In this document: positions 33,333-44,116 of the stretch, piece after piece
How positions within the stretch are numbered: position 1 is the stretch's first letter
How the letters are laid out: each line of letters starts with the position of its first letter
Assembly: GCA_963813535.1 (NCBI GenBank)
Contig: CAWEZH010000002.1
Span: 384,001 to 448,000 of the forward strand
DNA from: an uncultured Chloroflexia bacterium
GTDB taxonomy: Bacteria > Chloroflexota > Limnocylindria > Limnocylindrales > CSP1-4
DNA length: 64,000 nucleotides
Direction of reading: 5' to 3'
The notes under the pieces: generated by a model
Seen by the model: the letters and a program-made list of their open reading frames with translations, nothing else
Told to the model about the DNA's origin: nothing
The model's database searches: none
Program-made: the position numbers and the translations under genes

Positions 33333-33450
33333 CCGCCTCCCTCGACAGGTGGTTGCGAAATCATCGACGTCGCCCGTTCGATAGCGTATCCTCCCAGACC
33401 GAAAGGCCGCGGGTCCGTCATCGTCCCCCGGCCGCAGAGGAGGAGACACC

Positions 33451-34590
33451 TTGCGCAGCTCAATGCGGCTGCTGTCGCTCGGCGCGACCGCGGCCTTCAT
33501 CATCACCGCTTGTTCCGCTCCGGCGGCATCGGTGGCCCCGAGTGCAGCGCCGTCGGAGAGCGCCGCCGCCTCGGGAAGCGCCGCTCCGTCCGCGAGCGCC
33601 AGTACCGGCGGCTCGGTCAACTGGACCGCGTGCGTCGCGTTCGACACCGGCGGCCTTGGTGACAAGGGCTTCAACGACCTGGCCAAGAAGGGCCTCGAGG
33701 ACGCGGCTGCGGCCGGGTACACGACGTTCTTCGCCGAGGCACAGGGCGCGACCGACTACGCCGCCAACATCCAGCGCCTGATCGACCAGGGCTGCCAGTC
33801 GATCGTCACGGTCGGCTTCAACCAGGCCCAGGCCACGATCGATGCGACCAAGGCCAACCCGGACATCGCGTTCGCCCAGGTGGACGCCACCTGGGACGAG
33901 GCCACCAACGGCCCGACCCCCGCGAACTTCAGCGGTCTGGACTTCCAGATCGATGAGGCCGCGATGCTCGCCGGCTACCTGGCCGCGGGCTTCAGCAAGT
34001 CCGGCAAGGTCGGCACCTATGGCGGCCAGCAGTTCCCGGGCGTGACCCGCTTCATGGACGGGCTCTCCGCCGGCATCAAGTACCACAACCAGGAGAAGGG
34101 CACGAACGTCGAGCTCCTGGGTTGGAACGCCGCGGCCCAGACGGGCACGTTCGTCGGTGGTGACAACCCGTGGGGTGACCCCGCCAAGGGCGAGCAGCTG
34201 GCCAAGACCCTGCTCGACCAGGGCGTCGACATCGTCCACCCGGTCGCCGGCGCCACCGGCAACGGCAGCATCAAGGCGATGCTGAACGCCGGGAAATGGG
34301 CGATCGGCGTCGATACAGACCAGGCGATCTCGCTTGCCGAGTACGCCCCGGCGATCCTGACGTCGGCCGAGAAGGTCATCGACGTCGCCGTACTCGAGAC
34401 GTTCAAGAAGAACTCGGGTGGCGATCTTGGTGGTGAGAACTTCATCGGCACCCTTGACAACAAGGGCGTCCGCATCTCGCCGTTCCACGATTTCGAGGAC
34501 GACGTTTCGGCTGATCTGAAGACGGAGCTCGACACCCTGTCCGGCGCGATCGCCGGCGGGACCGTGAAGGTCGCGGACTACCTGAAGTAG
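33451..34590 (+). CDS. BMP-family nucleoside ABC transporter substrate-binding lipoprotein
   Basis: Lipobox ITAC, GGLGDKGFN, LAGYLAA, VAGATG, AIGVDTDQ, ILTSAEK. AGGAGG RBS. Confidence 0.92.
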   Translation: MRSSMRLLSLGATAAFIITACSAPAASVAPSAAPSESAAASGSAAPSASASTGGSVNWTACVAFDTGGLGDKGFNDLAKKGLEDAAAAGYTTFFAEAQGATDYAANIQRLIDQGCQSIVTVGFNQAQATIDATKANPDIAFAQVDATWDEATNGPTPANFSGLDFQIDEAAMLAGYLAAGFSKSGKVGTYGGQQFPGVTRFMDGLSAGIKYHNQEKGTNVELLGWNAAAQTGTFVGGDNPWGDPAKGEQLAKTLLDQGVDIVHPVAGATGNGSIKAMLNAGKWAIGVDTDQAISLAEYAPAILTSAEKVIDVAVLETFKKNSGGDLGGENFIGTLDNKGVRISPFHDFEDDVSADLKTELDTLSGAIAGGTVKVADYLK

Positions 34591-34621
34591 TCCGACGGTC
34601 TGACCGACAGTCCATCCGACG

Positions 34622-34654
34622 GCCGCCCGCTCTCGATCCTCGAGGGCGGGCGGC
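34622..34654. terminator. Intergenic stem-loop after the BMP gene
   Basis: GCCGCCCGCTCTCGA-tcc-TCGAGGGCGGGCGGC, a 15-bp stem with one G-U pair. Confidence 0.6.
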
Positions 34655-34680
34655 TCGGTATAAGAGGCTCATTCGCACAC

Positions 34681-36186
34681 ATGCGTCTCGAACTCAAGGA
34701 CATTACGAAACAGTTCCCTGGCGTCCTCGCGAACGACCGGATCTCGATCACGGCCGATCGCGGCGAGGTGCTCGGTCTCCTCGGCGAGAACGGGGCCGGC
34801 AAGACGACGCTCATGAACATCCTGTCGGGCCTCTACAAGCCCGACTCGGGTGAGATCCTGATCGACGGCACGCCTCGCCAGTTCAGTGACCCGGCCGAGG
34901 CCATCGACGCCGGCATCGGCATGGTCCACCAGCATTTCCAGCTCGTCCCGGTCTTCGACGTCGTCTCTGCGGTCGCACTGGGCGCGGAGAGCGTGACCGG
35001 GCCATTGGGCGCGTTCGATCGGACGACCGCCCGCAAGCGTGTCGTCGAGCTCTCCGAGCAGTACGGCCTCGACGTCCCACCCGACGCCGATATCGAGGAC
35101 CTGCCGGTCGGCGTCCGCCAGCGCGTCGAGATCCTCAAGGCGCTCTACCGCAAGAGCGACATCCTCGTCCTCGACGAGCCCTCGGCCGTGCTGACACCTG
35201 CCGAGACCGAGGAGCTGTTCGCGATCATCCGCGAGCTCGCCGGCAGCGGCACGACGGTCATCTTCATCACCCACAAGCTCAACGAAGTCCTCGAGGTCTG
35301 CGACCGGATCACCGTCCTTCGCCGCGGTCGCGTCGCCGGCACGGTCGAGCCGGGAACGACGACGCGGGAACAGCTCGCGAACCTCATGGTCGGTCGCGAT
35401 GTCGAGCTGCGCGTGGTCAAAGGACCGGCCGCCCCGACCGATGTCGTCCTGAGCCTCCGTGACGTCGTGGTCCGCGACGATCGAGACCACATCGCCGTGA
35501 AGGGCGTCTCGCTCGACGTTCGCGCAGGCGAGATCGTGGCGATCGCCGGGGTCCAGGGCAACGGCCAGACGGAGCTCGTGGAAGCGATCGTCGGCCTTCG
35601 CACCGTCGACTCCGGCTCGATGTCGGTCAACGGCGTCGACATCACCGCCTCGTCGCCTCGCCAGGTGTCCGACATCGGCGTCGCACATATCCCGGAGGAC
35701 CGCGGGCGCGACGGGCTCATCAACTGGATGACGGTGTCGGAGAACTACATCCTGGACTCGTACCATCGCGCGCCATACAGCAAGGGCGTCCGGCTCGACC
35801 TCGAGGCCATCAAGGCAGGAGCGCGCAACGGCGTCCAGGATTTCGACATCCGGACGCCGTCGATCCACACGCTGGCGGGGTCGCTGTCGGGCGGCAATCA
35901 GCAGAAGGTCGTCGTGGCTCGCGAGTTCTCGCGCCCCGTCAAGCTGGTGATCGCGGCGCAGCCGACGCGCGGTCTCGATGTCGGTTCCATCGAGTACATC
36001 CACAAGCGGATCGTCGAGCAGCGGGATGCCGGTGCCGCCATCCTCATCATCAGCACGGAGCTCGAGGAAGTGATCGCGGTCGGCGATCGCATCGCCGTGA
36101 TGTACGGCGGGCAGGTCGTCGGCATCCTGGAGGGCGAGGAGGCGACGTTCGAGGCCGTCGGCATGTTGATGGGAGGGGCACAGTGA
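34681..36186 (+). CDS. Nucleoside/sugar (CUT2) ABC transporter ATP-binding protein
   Basis: GENGAGKT, LDEPS, LSGGNQQK, QPTRGLDVG; tandem ABC domains. Confidence 0.95.
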   Translation: MRLELKDITKQFPGVLANDRISITADRGEVLGLLGENGAGKTTLMNILSGLYKPDSGEILIDGTPRQFSDPAEAIDAGIGMVHQHFQLVPVFDVVSAVALGAESVTGPLGAFDRTTARKRVVELSEQYGLDVPPDADIEDLPVGVRQRVEILKALYRKSDILVLDEPSAVLTPAETEELFAIIRELAGSGTTVIFITHKLNEVLEVCDRITVLRRGRVAGTVEPGTTTREQLANLMVGRDVELRVVKGPAAPTDVVLSLRDVVVRDDRDHIAVKGVSLDVRAGEIVAIAGVQGNGQTELVEAIVGLRTVDSGSMSVNGVDITASSPRQVSDIGVAHIPEDRGRDGLINWMTVSENYILDSYHRAPYSKGVRLDLEAIKAGARNGVQDFDIRTPSIHTLAGSLSGGNQQKVVVAREFSRPVKLVIAAQPTRGLDVGSIEYIHKRIVEQRDAGAAILIISTELEEVIAVGDRIAVMYGGQVVGILEGEEATFEAVGMLMGGAQ

Positions 36187-37391
36187 GCCGCCTGCGACGC
36201 ATCCTGGGCCCCGCGGTCGTCCCGGCGCTGGCCGTCCTGACCGCATTCATCGTCGGCTCGATCTTCATCCTGATCACCGACTTCGACAACCTGCAGCGAC
36301 TTAGCACCGACCCGGTCGGAGCCATCGCCTCGGCAGCCGGCGGGATCGTCACCGCCTACCAGTCGTTGCTGGCTGGTGCCTTCGGCGATCCCGCGCGGAT
36401 CGCGGCCGCCATCCAGGGCGGCCAGCCGCGCCAGATCGCTGCGGCCATCCGGCCGATCACCGAGACGCTCGTCGCTGCCACGCCGTTGATCTTCACGGGT
36501 CTGGCCGTGGCTGTGGCGTTCCGGACGAGCGTGTTCAACATCGGCGTCGAGGGCCAGTTCATCCTCGGCGCGTTCGGTGCGACGGTGGCGTTGCTGGTCT
36601 TGCGTGACCTGCCGGCGCCGATCCCGCTGATCGGGGCGATCATCGCCGGCATCCTGACCGGCGCCGTGTGGGGCTTCATCCCGGGCTTCCTCAAGGCCCG
36701 CACCGGGGCCCACGAGGTGATCACGACGATCATGCTCAACTACGTCGCCTTCCAGATCGTCCTGTTCGGGCTGCGGTCCGACTTCCTGCGCCAGGAGGGC
36801 AGCTCCCAGCCGATCTCGAAGGTGCTGACGCCGATCGCGCGGATCCCGGGGATCCTCGACCCGCTCGGCATCCCGAGCATCCGGCTGCACTACGGGTTCG
36901 TGATCGCGCTGATCATGGCCGCCATCGTCTCTTGGTTCCTGTTCAAGACCACCAAGGGCTTCGAGCTGCGCGCTGCCGGCTTCAACCTCACCGCCGCCCG
37001 ATACGCGGGCATGAGCGCCAGCGGGTCGATCATCCTCGCGATGACGATCTCGGGCGGCCTCGCGGCGATGGGTGGCGCGATGGAGGTGCTCGGCACCGTG
37101 CCCCAGATGTCGAATGACATCAGTTCCGGCTTCGGCTTCAACGCGATCGCGCTGGCATTGCTCGCCGGGAACCGCCCACTCGGGGTCGTCATCGCGGCAC
37201 TGCTCTTCGGCGCGCTTCGCACCGGCGGCGGGCTGATGCAGGTGCAGACCGGTATCCCGCTCGACCTGCTGTTCTTCATCCAGGCGCTGGTGATCATGTT
37301 CGTGGCGGCGCCCGGCCTCGTCCGCTCGATCTGGCGACTCCGGGCCCCGCGGACGCCGACCGGGACCGCGGTCGATGGAGCGGCGGCATGA
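36183..37391 (+). CDS. Nucleoside ABC transporter permease
   Basis: FNIGVEGQ, HEVITTIMLNY; multiple TM segments. Confidence 0.92.
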   Translation: MSRLRRILGPAVVPALAVLTAFIVGSIFILITDFDNLQRLSTDPVGAIASAAGGIVTAYQSLLAGAFGDPARIAAAIQGGQPRQIAAAIRPITETLVAATPLIFTGLAVAVAFRTSVFNIGVEGQFILGAFGATVALLVLRDLPAPIPLIGAIIAGILTGAVWGFIPGFLKARTGAHEVITTIMLNYVAFQIVLFGLRSDFLRQEGSSQPISKVLTPIARIPGILDPLGIPSIRLHYGFVIALIMAAIVSWFLFKTTKGFELRAAGFNLTAARYAGMSASGSIILAMTISGGLAAMGGAMEVLGTVPQMSNDISSGFGFNAIALALLAGNRPLGVVIAALLFGALRTGGGLMQVQTGIPLDLLFFIQALVIMFVAAPGLVRSIWRLRAPRTPTGTAVDGAAA

Positions 37392-38662
37392 CCGCCGCCG
37401 TGTTGACCGGCGGGTCCGACATGGGCACCGCCGCGCGTCAGGCCCTGCGGGCCGCCCGCATCCGCGGGGTCATCATGGCGGGCCTCGGCCTGGTCGCCCT
37501 CAACGCGGCGCGAAGCTCGTTCGATGTCCCGGCCACGTTCGCGTTCTGGATCGATCGTCAGGGCGGGCAGCTCCTGGCGCTGACGACCAGCGTCGGCGTC
37601 CTGTGGCTGGTGGCCGGCACTGTCACCGGCGTCTGCGGCATCGCCCAACTCGTCCGCGGTGCCGACTTCCGGTGGCGCCGTTCGCTGGCCGTCATCGTCC
37701 CGGTGTGGGTCGCCGCAATCCTCGCTGCGCTGCTCGCCGGCAAGGCCGCGAACCTGACGGGCGTCATCTCGGGCAGCCTCGAGCTCGCGGTCCCGATCAC
37801 GCTCGGCGCGTTCGCGGGCATCCTGTCCGAGCGAAGCGGCATGCTGAACATCGCGATCGAGGGCAAGTTCCTCGTCGGCGCGTGCGCGGCGTCGATCGCG
37901 GCGAGCGTGACCGGCAGCGTGCTGATAGGCGTGCTGGCGGCGATCATCGCCGGAGCGCTCGTCGGCCTGCTGCTGGCCTGGCTCGGCATCCGCTACAAGG
38001 TCGACCAGATCATCGCCGGCGTGGTGATCAACATCGGCGCGCTGGGGATCACCAACTTCCTGTTCCTGCGGGTGCTGTCGAAGAACACCGAGCTCAACAC
38101 GCCACCCACGATCGAGGCCATCCAGGTTCCGATCCTGAGCAACATCCCGGTCCTCGGTCCGTTGCTGTTCTCCGGGACGCCGTACCTGTACTTCACGATC
38201 TTCGCGATGTTCTTCCTGACCTACATGCTGTTCCGGACTCGCTGGGGGCTGCGCCTGCGCGCCTCGGGCGAGAAGCCGTCGGCCGCCGGGACGGTCGGCA
38301 TCGACGTCCTCCGCATCCGGTATCAATCGATGCTGTTGGCCGGCATGCTGGGCGGTCTCGCCGGCTCGTATCTCAGCCTCTCGACCGCCGGCAGCTTCCA
38401 GATGAACATGAGCGCCGGGCGTGGGTTCATCGCCCTCGCGGCGGTCATCTTCGGCGCCTGGCACCCGATCTACGCCTTCGGTGCGGCGCTGGTGTTCGGG
38501 TTCTCGGACGCGATCCAGGCGCTGCTGTCGATCCTTGGCGTCGACGTCCCGCCGCAGCTGCTCAACAGCGTCCCGTACATCGTCACGATCATCGTGGTCG
38601 CCGGTGTCGTGGGACGGGTCCGTGGACCGGCCGCGGCCGGCCAGCCATACGACCAGGGCTGA
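37388..38662 (+). CDS. Nucleoside ABC transporter permease
   Basis: SERSGMLNIAIEG, GLRLRASGE, GRGFIALAA, PYIVTI. Confidence 0.92.
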   Translation: MTAAVLTGGSDMGTAARQALRAARIRGVIMAGLGLVALNAARSSFDVPATFAFWIDRQGGQLLALTTSVGVLWLVAGTVTGVCGIAQLVRGADFRWRRSLAVIVPVWVAAILAALLAGKAANLTGVISGSLELAVPITLGAFAGILSERSGMLNIAIEGKFLVGACAASIAASVTGSVLIGVLAAIIAGALVGLLLAWLGIRYKVDQIIAGVVINIGALGITNFLFLRVLSKNTELNTPPTIEAIQVPILSNIPVLGPLLFSGTPYLYFTIFAMFFLTYMLFRTRWGLRLRASGEKPSAAGTVGIDVLRIRYQSMLLAGMLGGLAGSYLSLSTAGSFQMNMSAGRGFIALAAVIFGAWHPIYAFGAALVFGFSDAIQALLSILGVDVPPQLLNSVPYIVTIIVVAGVVGRVRGPAAAGQPYDQG

Positions 38663-38667
38663 CCGGG

Positions 38668-39714
38668 GTGAGCGCCGGCTATCCGGACGGGTCGGGACCG
38701 GTCCACGCCATCCCGACCTTCTTCGGCACGGAGGCGGGCCCACGCGGTGCCCCCGTCGGCACGCGCGAGCGACCGCTACCGCTGATCATCGACAGCGATC
38801 CCGGCCTCGATGACGCGCTGGCGATCGGGCTGGCCGTCGCGCGACCGGAGCTCGAGGTCCTGGCGGTCACGACCGTGGGCGGCAACGCCGATGTCCGCCA
38901 CTGCACCGAGAACGCGCTGCGACTCCTGCACGCCTACGGTCGCGACGACATCCCGGTCGCCGAAGGCGCCGCCGGCCCACTGGTCGGGCAGGTCGTCCGC
39001 GCGACCGAGGTCCACGGGGAGGGTGGTATCGGGACGACGGAGCTGCCGCCTGCGACAGCATCGGCGCACCCCGAGCACGCCGTCGAGCTGATCGCCCGGA
39101 TCCTGCGCGAGCGATCCGAGCCGGTGGCCATCGCGCCGATCGGCCCGCTGACCAATATCGCGCTCCTGCTCCGGCTCTATCCCGACCTGGCGCCGCGGAT
39201 CTCGCACTTGTCGATCATGGGCGGCTCGCTCGGTGAGGGAAACTCGACGGTGTCGGCGGAGTTCAACATCTATGCCGATCCCGAGGCGGCCGACGTCGTC
39301 TTCCGATCCGGCGTCCCGATCACGATGATGGGCCTCGACGTGACCCACCAGGCCCTGCTGGACCGATCCTCCGCCGAGTCGCTCCGCGGCTTGGGCACCG
39401 CGTCGGCGCGGATCGCCGCTGAGCTCACCGAGTACGCGCTCGACCGCAACATGGAGTGGTCGGGTCGGACGACGACGGCCATCCATGACGCGGTCGCCGT
39501 GGCGCATCTCGCGATCCCCGACCTCATCGACGTCGCGCCGTACCACGTGGCGGTGGACACGACGAACGGCCCGGCGCGCGGTCGAACGGTGAGCGACGGT
39601 CTCCCGTATCGGCTCCGACGCGATGGACGGACCCCGAACGCCGAGGTCGGCATCCGGATCGACCGTGGCAGGTTCGAGTCGATCCTCCTCGAGGCGTTCG
39701 GATCGCTGCCGTAG
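38668..39714 (+). CDS. Nucleoside hydrolase (IU-NH family)
   Basis: IIDSDPGLDDA, GPLTNIA, MGG, AEFNIYADPEAA, GLDVT, HDAVA. GTG start inferred. Confidence 0.92.
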   Translation: MSAGYPDGSGPVHAIPTFFGTEAGPRGAPVGTRERPLPLIIDSDPGLDDALAIGLAVARPELEVLAVTTVGGNADVRHCTENALRLLHAYGRDDIPVAEGAAGPLVGQVVRATEVHGEGGIGTTELPPATASAHPEHAVELIARILRERSEPVAIAPIGPLTNIALLLRLYPDLAPRISHLSIMGGSLGEGNSTVSAEFNIYADPEAADVVFRSGVPITMMGLDVTHQALLDRSSAESLRGLGTASARIAAELTEYALDRNMEWSGRTTTAIHDAVAVAHLAIPDLIDVAPYHVAVDTTNGPARGRTVSDGLPYRLRRDGRTPNAEVGIRIDRGRFESILLEAFGSLP

Positions 39715-39716
39715 GC

Positions 39717-40355
39717 GTCACCCGCTACGTCGCGCTCGGCGACTCCTACACGATCGGTACCGCCGTCGCCCAGACCGAGCGGTTCCCGGACCAGTTGGTC
39801 GCCGCCATACCGGCGCTCGACCTCGTCGCGAACCTGGGTGTCAACGGGTACACGACGGCCGACCTCATCCGCGATGAGCTGCCGGCCCTGGATGGGCTGG
39901 CACCCGGCGTCGTGACGGTGCTCATCGGCGTGAACGACGTCGTGCAGGGGGTTCCCGCACCGAGGTACGCGGCCAACGTCACCCACATCCTGGACGTGCT
40001 GCTGGCGCGCCTGTCGCCCGGTCGGATCGTCGCGATCTCGATCCCCGACTACACCGTCACGCCGGCCGGCGCCGACTACGGCGACCCCGGTCGACAACGA
40101 GCCGGGATCGTCGCGAACAACGCCACCATGGCCCGGCTCAGCGGGAAGCGCGATATCGCTTTCGTAGACATCTTCGACCTGTCGGAGCGAGCAGCCATCG
40201 ACAGGACGCTGGTCGCCGACGACGGGCTCCATCCGAGCGGCGTGCAGTACGCGACGTGGGTCGAACAGGATCGGGCCGGTCGTGCGCTCCGTGACTGGCT
40301 GACCGCCGACACGACGTCCGACTTGGTGTGCGAGCGCACCGATATCCGTCTCTGA
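39717..40355 (+). CDS. SGNH/GDSL-family hydrolase (start codon unclear, possible 3' frameshift)
   Basis: In-frame RYVALGDSYT (block I) lies upstream of the predicted TTG at 39795; also NLGVNG, IGVND and DGLHPS. Confidence 0.85.
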   Translation, partial: VTRYVALGDSYTIGTAVAQTERFPDQLVAAIPALDLVANLGVNGYTTADLIRDELPALDGLAPGVVTVLIGVNDVVQGVPAPRYAANVTHILDVLLARLSPGRIVAISIPDYTVTPAGADYGDPGRQRAGIVANNATMARLSGKRDIAFVDIFDLSERAAIDRTLVADDGLHPSGVQYATWVEQDRAGRALRDWLTADTTSDLVCERTDIRL

Positions 40356-40444
40356 CGATAGCGCCGCCGGTCATGTGGACACGTAGGCTCCGCTGCGCCG
40401 GAGGACGGAGTGGGTGACTCCGGTGCACAGGGGGGAATCATACG

Positions 40445-43400
40445 TTGCTTCATCGCCGCGCCAGCGTGCGCGTCGCGATCGCTATGGGCGTGCTGCTCGT
40501 CAGCAGCCTCGTTGCCCCCGTCGTCTCGGCGACGGGTGGCGATCCGTCGGCGCCGCGCGTGCACGCCCGGCTCGAGGAGCCAGCCGCTTGCCGCCGTCGC
40601 TCCGCCGCCATCGGTCGATCAGGTCGTTGCCGCTGCTCCCGTCGATAGCGGCGAGTGGGGCCCCCTCCTGGACTGGGGCGTCCAGGCGAAGCACATGGCC
40701 ACGCTGTCGACGGGCAAGGTCCTCGTCTGGTCGACGGGCGACAACGCACGCGTCTGGGATCCGTCGACCGGCACGTTCACGCTGACCCCGGCGACATTCG
40801 CCGATCTCCACTGTGCCGGTCAGTCGACCCTCGCTGACGGCCGGCTGATCGTGGTCGGCGGTCAGACGGGCTCCCCGCACAACGGCCACAACATCACGTC
40901 GCTGTTCGATCCAGTGACGCAGACGTGGACCCGCGGAGCGGACATGACCGACCTGCGCTGGTACGCGACGAGCACGACCCTCCCCGATGGCAAGATCCTC
41001 GCCACGTCGGGTGACGCTCCGGACGGCACGCGCTCGACCGTGCCCGAGCTGTACGACCCGATGACTGACACGTGGACTCGGCTGACCGGCGCCTTCCGTG
41101 ACCAGCCGCTGTACCCGCTGATGTTCGTCCTCCCGAACGGCCTGACCTACGAGTCCGGTCCGAAGACGTCGACCGCGACGATCGATGTCTCCGGCGTCGG
41201 AGGCTGGACGACCGGCCCGATCGCGCCATGGTCGACCAGCGGCTATTCCGAATCAGCCGTGATGTACCTCCCGGGCAAGATCCTGCGCGCCGGTGGGGGC
41301 GATCCCGCCCAGGCCCGCGCGGCGGTCGTCGACATGACGTCGGCCTCGCCGGCGTGGCGCGAGATCGCGCCGATGGCATTCGCCCGTCGCCGGATGAACC
41401 TCACCCTCCTGGCCGACGGCTCGGTCATGGCGATCGGTGGCACCGTGCAGGCGGACAACGCGGCGACGGCCGTGCTCGCCGGCGAGATCTGGGACCCGGT
41501 CACGGAGGCGTGGACCACGGTCGCCTCGATGGGCGAGGCACGGATGTATCACTCCGCAGCAGTCCTCCTGCCGGACGGCCGCATCGTGGTCGGTGGAGGA
41601 GAGGCCGCCGGGCGACTGCGCGCCCAAGTCTATTCGCCACCCTACCTCTTCAAGGGACCACGACCGACACTCTCGGGTGCACCGGGCACGGCCGCATACG
41701 GCTCGACCTTCACCTTCACGAGTCCCGAGGCGGCCGGGCTCGCGTCCGTCGCCCTGCTCCGACCGTCGGCGGCAACGCATGCGATGGACATGAACCAGCG
41801 CTACGTCCCGCTCGCATTCACGCGCTCGGGGACCACGATCACCGCCACGGCCCCCGCATCAGGTGGCGTGGCGCCTCCGGGCGACTACATGCTCGTGGTC
41901 AAGAGCTCGGCCGGCGTGCCATCGGTCGCTTCGTGGATCCGGATCGGCACGACGGCCAGCCTCCAGCCGGGTGCCATCGCCGGCACGGTCCGCGACGGCA
42001 CGACGCTGGCACCGATCGACGGCGCGACGGTGTCGACCGGCGGCCGTTCGACCACGACGGATGCGCTCGGCGCCTACACGCTGGCCGACATCGCCGCGGG
42101 TGACGCCCAGGTCACCGTCGCGGCGAGCGGATATGCGACGGAGGTCCGCCAGGCCACTGTCGCAGGTGGTCAGACTTCGACACTCGACGTCTCGATGGCA
42201 CATCCCGGCGACATCGCCGGTCAGGTCACGAACGGCCAGACGGGCATCGGGATCGGCGGCGTCACCATCGGGTATCCGGGCGGCGTGACCATCACCGACG
42301 CGAGCGGCCAGTACGCGATCGGCGGTCTCCCCGCCGGCTCGGTCGACCTGACGTTCGCCGCGACAGGGTTCGCCAGCGAGGACCGGACGGCACTCGTGAC
42401 CGCGGGCAGCGTGACCACGCTGGACGTCCAGCTCTCACCGACCGCCACGTTCGTGACCGGTGAGGTCCGCGACGCGACGACGAATGCGACGCTCAGCGGT
42501 GCCACGGTTTCAGTGGACACGGGCCAGACAACGACCACCGATGCCTTCGGTCGCTACCGGATCGACCTGCCGCCGGGCACCTACCAGGTGACAGCGGCGG
42601 CGCCGGGGCACGTGTCGTCCACCGGCACGACCGTGATCAACGGCGGCAGCTACGCGACACTCGATATCGGGCTCGCCCCGATCGCTGTCCCGAGCACGCT
42701 GACCTTCGCGCCGGTCGCCGACGCCCAGGTCCGGTCGAGCAGTCCGACCAAGAACTACGGCACCGAGACCGAGATCAGGCTTCGACTTGGTGTCCCGGCC
42801 ACGCCCACCACGCAGTGGAGCCTGCTCCGCTTCGACGTCTCGGGGGTCGCCGGTGCCACCGTCTCCGGCGCGAAGCTCCGATTGCGGGTCACCGACGCCG
42901 GGCCGCACGGCGGCATCCTCTACCGGACGTCCGGTGGCTGGGCCGAGACCGGCGTGACCTGGAACACCACGCCCGCGTCGATCGGCTCGCCACTGTCCAG
43001 CACGGGCACGGTGGTGCTCGGCCAATGGATCGACATGCCACTGCCGCCTGGGACCGTCACGGGCAACGGCCCGCTCGATCTCCTGTTGGTGGCCGGGAGC
43101 TCGAACAGCGTCTACTACTCGAGCCGCGAGGGCGCAGATCCGCCCCAGCTCGTCCTGGACCTCGCCGGCGCTCCGACGCCGACACCCACTCCCACGCCAA
43201 CACCCACGCCGACGCCGACCCCGACACCCACGCCCACGCCCACGCCGACACCCACCCCCACCCCGACGGCGACACCCACCCCGACACCGACGCCCACGCC
43301 GACCGCGACACCCACCCCGACACCGACACCCACACCGAACCCGGCCCCCGGTGAGACGCCGATCCGTCAGATGACCTTCGAGGGAGGGCTGCGCGATCCG

Positions 43401-44081
43401 GGCACTGGCGTCGACTCCATCACGGGCGTCGTCACGCTCGATACCGCGTCGCCGATCCACGGCACGGCATCGGCCCGGGTCGCCAACACGACGGGCTACC
43501 TCCAGGAGGGATTCCCGGCGACGGCGGACACCTTCGTGACCGCGCGAGTCCGCCTCGTGGCGACACCCACCGGCTCACCCCGCATCCTGATGCTGTCGAA
43601 CGGCGGGACGACGGTCGGCAACCTCACGCTGAGCACCGCGCGCCGGCTGCGGCTGCGCAACGGCTCGACCGCGGTCGGCGCCGAATCCACCCCGCTCCAG
43701 ATCGGCAGCACGTACCTCATCGGCCTTCGCCAGACGCGTGGCACCGGCGGGAATGCGGTCCTCGGTGCCTACATCGCGCCCGACGGCACGACCTTCGGGG
43801 CGCCCTTCGCAAGCCTGACGACGGGGACATGGACGACCTCGGCCGACAGGATCCGCTTGGGCGCGACCAATGGCACGGCCGTCAACCTGACCATGGACGA
43901 CGTGCTCATCGCGAGCGGCGGTGTCCCGGCTCCGGTCGCGGCGGCGGGCGGCGCCATCGTCCTTGCCGCCGCGGTCCCGGGATCGGCGTACGCGTACGCC
44001 AGGGTCGCCACCTGGACCGGCGGCGCGTCGGTCGGTGAGCCCGTCTTCACGTTCTCCTGTCCGGTGTCGCGGGTCGCCTGA
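40445..44081 (+). CDS. Secreted multidomain copper-radical oxidase (AA5/galactose-oxidase-like kelch + DUF1929) with carboxypeptidase-regulatory-like repeats, DNRLRE/CBM96-like domain, PT linker and C-terminal beta domain; apparent +1 frameshift near 40580
   Basis: LHCAG, RWY, RMYHS, YSPPYLF and THA motifs; three G.I.G.V...TTD..G.Y repeats; ADAQV...NYG...LLRFD...AKLRL...SREG...PQL. The signal peptide is in a different frame (40445). Confidence 0.85.
43171..43338 (+). repeat. Pro-Thr linker coding repeat
   Basis: Degenerate 6-bp (CCN ACN)n run encoding PTPTPT... Confidence 0.9.
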
Positions 44082-44116
44082 CCGGTCGGTGCGGCGGCCG
44101 GTAGACTTGGGCCTCC

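Noticed and set aside
33333-33450. Purine riboswitch upstream of the nucleoside ABC operon
   Set aside because: No purine-aptamer consensus; only a possible -10 (TATCCT) and a strong RBS.
37375-38667. Apparent 779-aa ORF giving the nucleoside hydrolase a long N-terminal extension
   Set aside because: The extension overlaps the real permease in another frame and is low-complexity; the hydrolase domain starts near 38668.
43171-43338. PT repeat (and the 49086-49299 array) as a possible CRISPR array
   Set aside because: There are no unique spacers and no cas genes; the repeats encode Pro/Thr linkers inside secreted proteins.
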